Shown in pieces: positions 59,910-64,000 of a DNA stretch of 64,000 nt. Source of the DNA: Planctomycetota bacterium (lineage in GTDB: Bacteria; Planctomycetota; Phycisphaerae; SM23-33); assembly GCA_012729725.1 (NCBI GenBank), contig JAAYCO010000094.1:557-64556 (forward strand), in the 5' to 3' direction. Under the pieces are notes generated by a model. It did no database searches, was not told the DNA's origin, and saw only the letters and a program-made list of their open reading frames with translations. Every line of letters begins with the position of its first letter. Positions within the stretch are counted from its first letter, which is position 1. Made by a program: the position numbers and the translations under genes.

Positions 59910-61190
59910 ATGGATTTCTTCAGTTACAGGAACGGCAGGCTCTACTGCGAGGAATTGGCGGTCGCAGACATTGTCGCCCGCGAGGGTACTCCCGCGTACG
60001 TTTATTCCAAGGCAACGCTTGTTCATCATTATACATCCATAGCGAGTGCTTTTGCCGAGCTCAAGCCGACCATCTGCTATTCGATCAAGTCGCTGGCGAA
60101 TGTGAACATACTGCGCGTGCTGCGGGATCTGGGCAGTGGTTTTGACGTAACCAGCGGCGGCGAGCTGGCTCGTGCGCTCGCGGCTGGGGGCCAGGCTGAC
60201 AAGATCGTCTTCGCCGGCGTCGGCAAGACCGATCGCGAGATTTGCGAGGCCATCGATGCCGGAATCATGGCCTTCAACGTTGAGAGCGAAGAGGAATTCG
60301 CCAACCTGTCACGACTGGCCGGGCAAAAGGGAACACGAGTTCATGCCGCACTGCGAGTGAACCCGGACGTATACGATCCAAAGACCCACACCTATACCGT
60401 CACCGGTAAGAAGGAAACCAAGTTCGGTGTGGACATCGAACGGGCCATGAAGTTCTTCCAGACGCTCGGCAAGGACAAGAACGTCCTGCTTGATGCGATT
60501 CATATTCACATTGGATCGCCCATTTACTCGTCCCAGCCGTACGTGCAGGCGATCACCAAGACCCTGGAACTGATAGACCGTCTTCGGGAAATGGGCTTTC
60601 CTATCGAAATGCTGGACATTGGCGGCGGGTTTGCCGCCGACTATGAAGAAGGCGCAAGCCCCAGCGCACTTCAGTACGCCGGCGACATCGTGCCGCTGCT
60701 CAGAGGCAAGGGTCTGCGCATCGTGATCGAGCCGGGCAGGTCCATATCGTGCAACAGCGGCGTATTGCTCAGCGAGGTGCAGTACGTCAAGAAGGGCGGC
60801 GACAGGAACTTCGTCATTGTAGACGCCGCAATGACCGACCTCATCCGGCCGGCGTTTTATGGCGCCAAGCATTTCCTTTATCCTGCCCAGCTTGAGCCTG
60901 GTCAGGAACCGCCGCCGAGGAAGATGGAATACGTTCCGCCGGGCGCGGTGAAGGTCGATATCGTTGGCGGCGTGTGCGAAAGCAGCGACTTCCTGGCCAA
61001 GGATCGCATGCTGCCGCCGATGAAGCGCGGCGACCTGCTGGCAGTGTTCTCTGCCGGGGCTTACGGATTCGTGATGTCAAGCCAGTACAACACGCGCCCC
61101 AGAGCGCCGGAGATACTGGTTGACGGCTCGGGCTACCGCGTCATCCGCCGCCGGGAAACCTACCAGGACGTCATTGCGCCGGAACTATAG
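59910..61190 (+). CDS. lysA: Diaminopimelate decarboxylase
   Basis: TPAYVYSKATL..., ICYSIKSLANVNILRVL is the PLP-Lys region, and EPGRSISCNSGVLLSEV plus CESSDFLAKD are the fold-III decarboxylase signatures. Confidence 0.9.
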   Translation: MDFFSYRNGRLYCEELAVADIVAREGTPAYVYSKATLVHHYTSIASAFAELKPTICYSIKSLANVNILRVLRDLGSGFDVTSGGELARALAAGGQADKIVFAGVGKTDREICEAIDAGIMAFNVESEEEFANLSRLAGQKGTRVHAALRVNPDVYDPKTHTYTVTGKKETKFGVDIERAMKFFQTLGKDKNVLLDAIHIHIGSPIYSSQPYVQAITKTLELIDRLREMGFPIEMLDIGGGFAADYEEGASPSALQYAGDIVPLLRGKGLRIVIEPGRSISCNSGVLLSEVQYVKKGGDRNFVIVDAAMTDLIRPAFYGAKHFLYPAQLEPGQEPPPRKMEYVPPGAVKVDIVGGVCESSDFLAKDRMLPPMKRGDLLAVFSAGAYGFVMSSQYNTRPRAPEILVDGSGYRVIRRRETYQDVIAPEL

Positions 61191-61982
61191 CGGCCCGACG
61201 TATCGCTCGAAATTCCCGCGCATAACCGCCTCCAGAACATCAGGGGCAAGCCCTGCATGCGCCAGTTCAGTGATGGGGCACTCGGGCGAGTTTATCGGCC
61301 AAAGCGACCCAAACACCAGATGGTCTTTGATGCAGCGGGGCTCGATGCGCTTCAACGCCTTCCATCCTGCCTGAAGGCGCGACGTGTCAAAGAACACATT
61401 TGGCGAGGCTGATTCGACGAATGTTGAAATGCCGGGCAGGCTCAGGCCCGAGACAAGCAGCCGCACGTCTTCACCCGCAAGGCGCACCGCGTGCGACAAA
61501 TCGTCCAACTTGGGCTCTGCTGCGATAATCCCGTGCTGCATGCGGATATCCTGCATTCTTGCGAACACCTGCACAGGCAGATTGTTCTCGCGGGCGAAGT
61601 CGAAAACGCCCCCGGCGGTTCCAGAACCGAATGTGTATCCGTGGTACAGGCTCGCAAGCCTGATGCCCGCGACGGGCCATTCCTGCATCGATCGGCGAAG
61701 TTCCTCGGGCCACCCCGGCTCGGCGGGATTGACCACCTTGAACTGCACCAAGCGCGGAGGGTTCAGAAGCTTGGCGAGCATCGATTCGGAGATATGTGCG
61801 TCTTCGTGGAACACCGCCTCTATCGGCGACACTATCGCACGTTCAATTCCCAGCTTGCTGAACATGCGGGCGGTATCGTCCAGTGTCGCGGATGCAAGCT
61901 GCTTAAACGGGTGGTTGCCTACGAACACGTTGGCGTCGCAGATGCGGGACTTCACTTGAATATCCTTTCGGCGTTGCCGCAC
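61185..61982 (-). CDS. Amidohydrolase-2-like metal-dependent hydrolase (TIM barrel)
   Basis: The fold features are weak. It is a paralog-like neighbour of the following gene and overlaps it by 31 nt. Confidence 0.55.
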   Translation of the reverse strand: MRQRRKDIQVKSRICDANVFVGNHPFKQLASATLDDTARMFSKLGIERAIVSPIEAVFHEDAHISESMLAKLLNPPRLVQFKVVNPAEPGWPEELRRSMQEWPVAGIRLASLYHGYTFGSGTAGGVFDFARENNLPVQVFARMQDIRMQHGIIAAEPKLDDLSHAVRLAGEDVRLLVSGLSLPGISTFVESASPNVFFDTSRLQAGWKALKRIEPRCIKDHLVFGSLWPINSPECPITELAHAGLAPDVLEAVMRGNFERYVGPL

Positions 61983-62686
61983 AGTATCAGCCGCTGCTGG
62001 TCATCACTAAGCTCTGCCGCAAAGACTTTGCCAAGGTTGTGATAGAAGTTGGATGATGGCATGTCTGTGCCGAACAGAACGCGATGCGCGCCCAGCCTGC
62101 TGACGGCATAATCCACCATGCCTCGCTCGCCAAAAGATCCACAAATGTCAACATAAACATTGGCGTACGGCATCACCGCATCAACGCCGGCGACAAATTT
62201 GGCCGCGACATGCGCCATGATGAACGTGCATTCCGGATACCGCGCCGCCGCAGCCGACACGTGATGCGAGCGAGACTCATATTCCAACGCACCCACGCTC
62301 TTGTTCATCGCATGCAAAAGAACGGGAACGTCTCGTTCGATGGCTGCCTCGTATATGGGGTAGTTTAGCGGATCATCCGCGGTAGTCGCCGTCCACAGCT
62401 TAACGCCCGAAAACCCGGCATCGAGCCTGCGTTTCAGTTCATCCATTGCCTCGACGCCGTGGCGCGGATTAAGGTAAACCAGACCGCGGGCCTGCTGACA
62501 CTCGTTCATGAGTATGGCGACTTCATCGTTCATCAGCGCAACCGTGCTGGCATTGTCCAGGTGGCTGCACAGGCCGGATACGTAGAGCCTTTTGAGTGGC
62601 GCCTCGTCGACTTCTTCACGCAGGGCCGATCTGTTTTCAGCAGCCAGGCCAAGCCACAGGTGCGCATGTGCGTCGATTATGTCCAT
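61952..62686 (-). CDS. Amidohydrolase-2 family (PF04909-like) metal-dependent hydrolase
   Basis: MDIIDAHAHLW is an N-terminal HxH metal motif. GTDMP is a C-terminal Asp-containing strand. Confidence 0.65.
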   Translation of the reverse strand: MDIIDAHAHLWLGLAAENRSALREEVDEAPLKRLYVSGLCSHLDNASTVALMNDEVAILMNECQQARGLVYLNPRHGVEAMDELKRRLDAGFSGVKLWTATTADDPLNYPIYEAAIERDVPVLLHAMNKSVGALEYESRSHHVSAAAARYPECTFIMAHVAAKFVAGVDAVMPYANVYVDICGSFGERGMVDYAVSRLGAHRVLFGTDMPSSNFYHNLGKVFAAELSDDQQRLILCGNAERIFK

Positions 62687-62698
62687 CGTGTATTTCCG

Positions 62699-63925
62699 TC
62701 AATCCCCGAGTTCGGCGATAGCCTTCTTCAGTCGATCCAGCGCTTCACGTATATCAGCTTCCTTGTGACTGTAGTTGACATAGCTGACCCTGTAGAGGCT
62801 GACGCCGTTTCTGTACGCTGCCCTGAAGAACCGTTCCTCAAGATCAGGCGGGGCGTCTTTGCCAATGACGAACTGCGGGCAAGGCCAGAAGCCCTTTATA
62901 GTGATCGGCAGCTTGTGTTGCTCGAAGATGCGGTTCAGGCTCTGCCACATCAACTCGCCGATCCGCCACAGATGATCGACAACGTTGTCTCTCTGGTAGA
63001 TGGCGATGGTTTTCCTCGCCGCAGCCAGCGACAGAGTCTCGCCGCCGTATGTTGACGATACTGTCACCTGCTGCAGCCTGTCCATCACCTCCGCTCTGCC
63101 GCAGTAGACCGACAAAGGCAGGCCGTTGGCCAGTCCTTTGGCGAAGACGGCAAGGTCAGGCATAACGTTGAAGTGCTGCTGCGCGCCGGCAAGGGCGATT
63201 CGAAAGCCGGTCACTATCTCGTCCATGATCAGAAGCGCGCCATATCGTTCAGTCAGTTCGCGCAGGGCCGGCAGGAACGTGCTGCCGGCGTCCATGCCGG
63301 CGTAATCCGCTGCCACTACGACCGCGGCAATACCGTCGGGAAGCGCCTTGAACCATTGCTCAATCTGCGCAATGTTGTTCCATTCTCCGGCATGGTGCAG
63401 GGCGCTGATGGCCGCCGGGATTCCGGGGGGGAGGGCGCCGGGCTTTGCGCCCGGCAACGACAGACCACCTGGGGCAATGACGTTCAACCAGCCGTTATAA
63501 CCGATCTGGACGATGTGATCCCTGCCCGTGTACGCGCGGGCCAGGCGTATGCAGGCCGAGATGGCCTCACCGCCTGTTTTGAGGAATCTGACTTTCTGGG
63601 CGCATGGAATTACCTTGCTGATGAGTTCCGCCGTCTCACATTCAAGCGTATGCGGATGCCCGAAAACGACGCCTTGCTCAAGCATAGCGGCGATGGCGTC
63701 GTTCACTTCCTTATACGCATACCCCAGCGTTACAGGCCCCAGGCCGTTGCGAAAGTCGATGAACTCCCTGCCTTCCACATCCCAAACTCGACAGCCTTTG
63801 CCGCGAACCATGGCTGCGGGCTCATCTCCCGGCCATCGCGCTGCCTTTGAGCATGTGCTCGATCCCCATGGCATGACCGCAAGCTGCCTGGCTGCCCACT
63901 TTTCGTTCAAACTCCCATTTTGCAT
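62699..63925 (-). CDS. Class-III (ornithine/GSA-type) PLP aminotransferase
   Basis: GCRVWDVEGREFIDFRNGLGPVTLGYAYKEV and LLIMDEIVTGFR are fold-type I class III signatures. The PLP-Lys region is conserved. It leads a three-gene operon with the two amidohydrolases. Confidence 0.8.
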   Translation of the reverse strand: MQNGSLNEKWAARQLAVMPWGSSTCSKAARWPGDEPAAMVRGKGCRVWDVEGREFIDFRNGLGPVTLGYAYKEVNDAIAAMLEQGVVFGHPHTLECETAELISKVIPCAQKVRFLKTGGEAISACIRLARAYTGRDHIVQIGYNGWLNVIAPGGLSLPGAKPGALPPGIPAAISALHHAGEWNNIAQIEQWFKALPDGIAAVVVAADYAGMDAGSTFLPALRELTERYGALLIMDEIVTGFRIALAGAQQHFNVMPDLAVFAKGLANGLPLSVYCGRAEVMDRLQQVTVSSTYGGETLSLAAARKTIAIYQRDNVVDHLWRIGELMWQSLNRIFEQHKLPITIKGFWPCPQFVIGKDAPPDLEERFFRAAYRNGVSLYRVSYVNYSHKEADIREALDRLKKAIAELGD

Positions 63926-64000
63926 CTATTCACCTCTTCATGCAGTTTCATGGCTGCAATACTGATGCTACCTCCTTTTATCGCGCAGACAAGCGGCCGG

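Overview
This 64 kb window is a high-GC (about 62%) bacterial chromosomal segment, densely coded on both strands. A DUF1559 prepilin-like protein, a PEP-CTERM-anchored LamG protein and GntR-HTH/LacI-type hybrid regulators point to a Planctomycetota-like organism; this is inference from gene content only. Housekeeping genes are carB, nadD, an Fe/Mn SOD, a short uvrC, hemL, tal, aroC, glgP, a DksA-like/lspA pair, typA, coaD and lysA. Three accessory blocks are interspersed among them.

(1) A tightly coupled seven-gene operon at 11605-19575 encodes an HTH/PTS-EIIA regulator followed by a Hyf/Hyc-like membrane module: HyfB/NuoL-, HyfC/NuoH-, HyfE-, HyfF/NuoN-like subunits, a NuoC-NuoD-type large subunit, and a fused ferredoxin/small subunit. 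The large subunit has lost all four [NiFe]-ligating cysteines while the small subunit keeps its Fe-S ligands. No hyp, fdh or hycB-like genes are in the window. This is an Ehr-type hydrogenase-related complex of unknown substrate.

(2) A lower-GC islet at about 41.1-43.3 kb carries a translationally coupled gene pair: a Panacea(SocA/DUF4065)-like domain fused to DUF488, plus a 266-aa protein with no recognisable family. It is a candidate toxin-antitoxin or defence-type module.

(3) A carbohydrate-utilisation region at 45.7-53.7 kb holds a CE4 deacetylase, a GH127 hydrolase, two AraC regulators, a triple-PAS histidine kinase and a URO-D-family protein. A Planctomycete-style cell-surface cluster sits at 37-40.4 kb.

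Other notable points are a low-GC transglutaminase-like gene next to an HExxH metalloprotease, a tandem U32 peptidase fusion with two Fe-S motifs, a two-cysteine DksA-like factor with a histone-H1-like tail, a UvrC lacking the C-terminal HhH domain, and a candidate short RNA with its own promoter and terminator between nadD and sod. A duplicated 64-bp element lies next to a putative decayed DprA C-terminal fragment at the window start.

Most long antisense or alternate-frame ORFs in the six-frame track are high-GC artefacts. The track translates TTG and GTG starts as M, so starts were re-chosen at in-frame ATG codons with Shine-Dalgarno support where possible.
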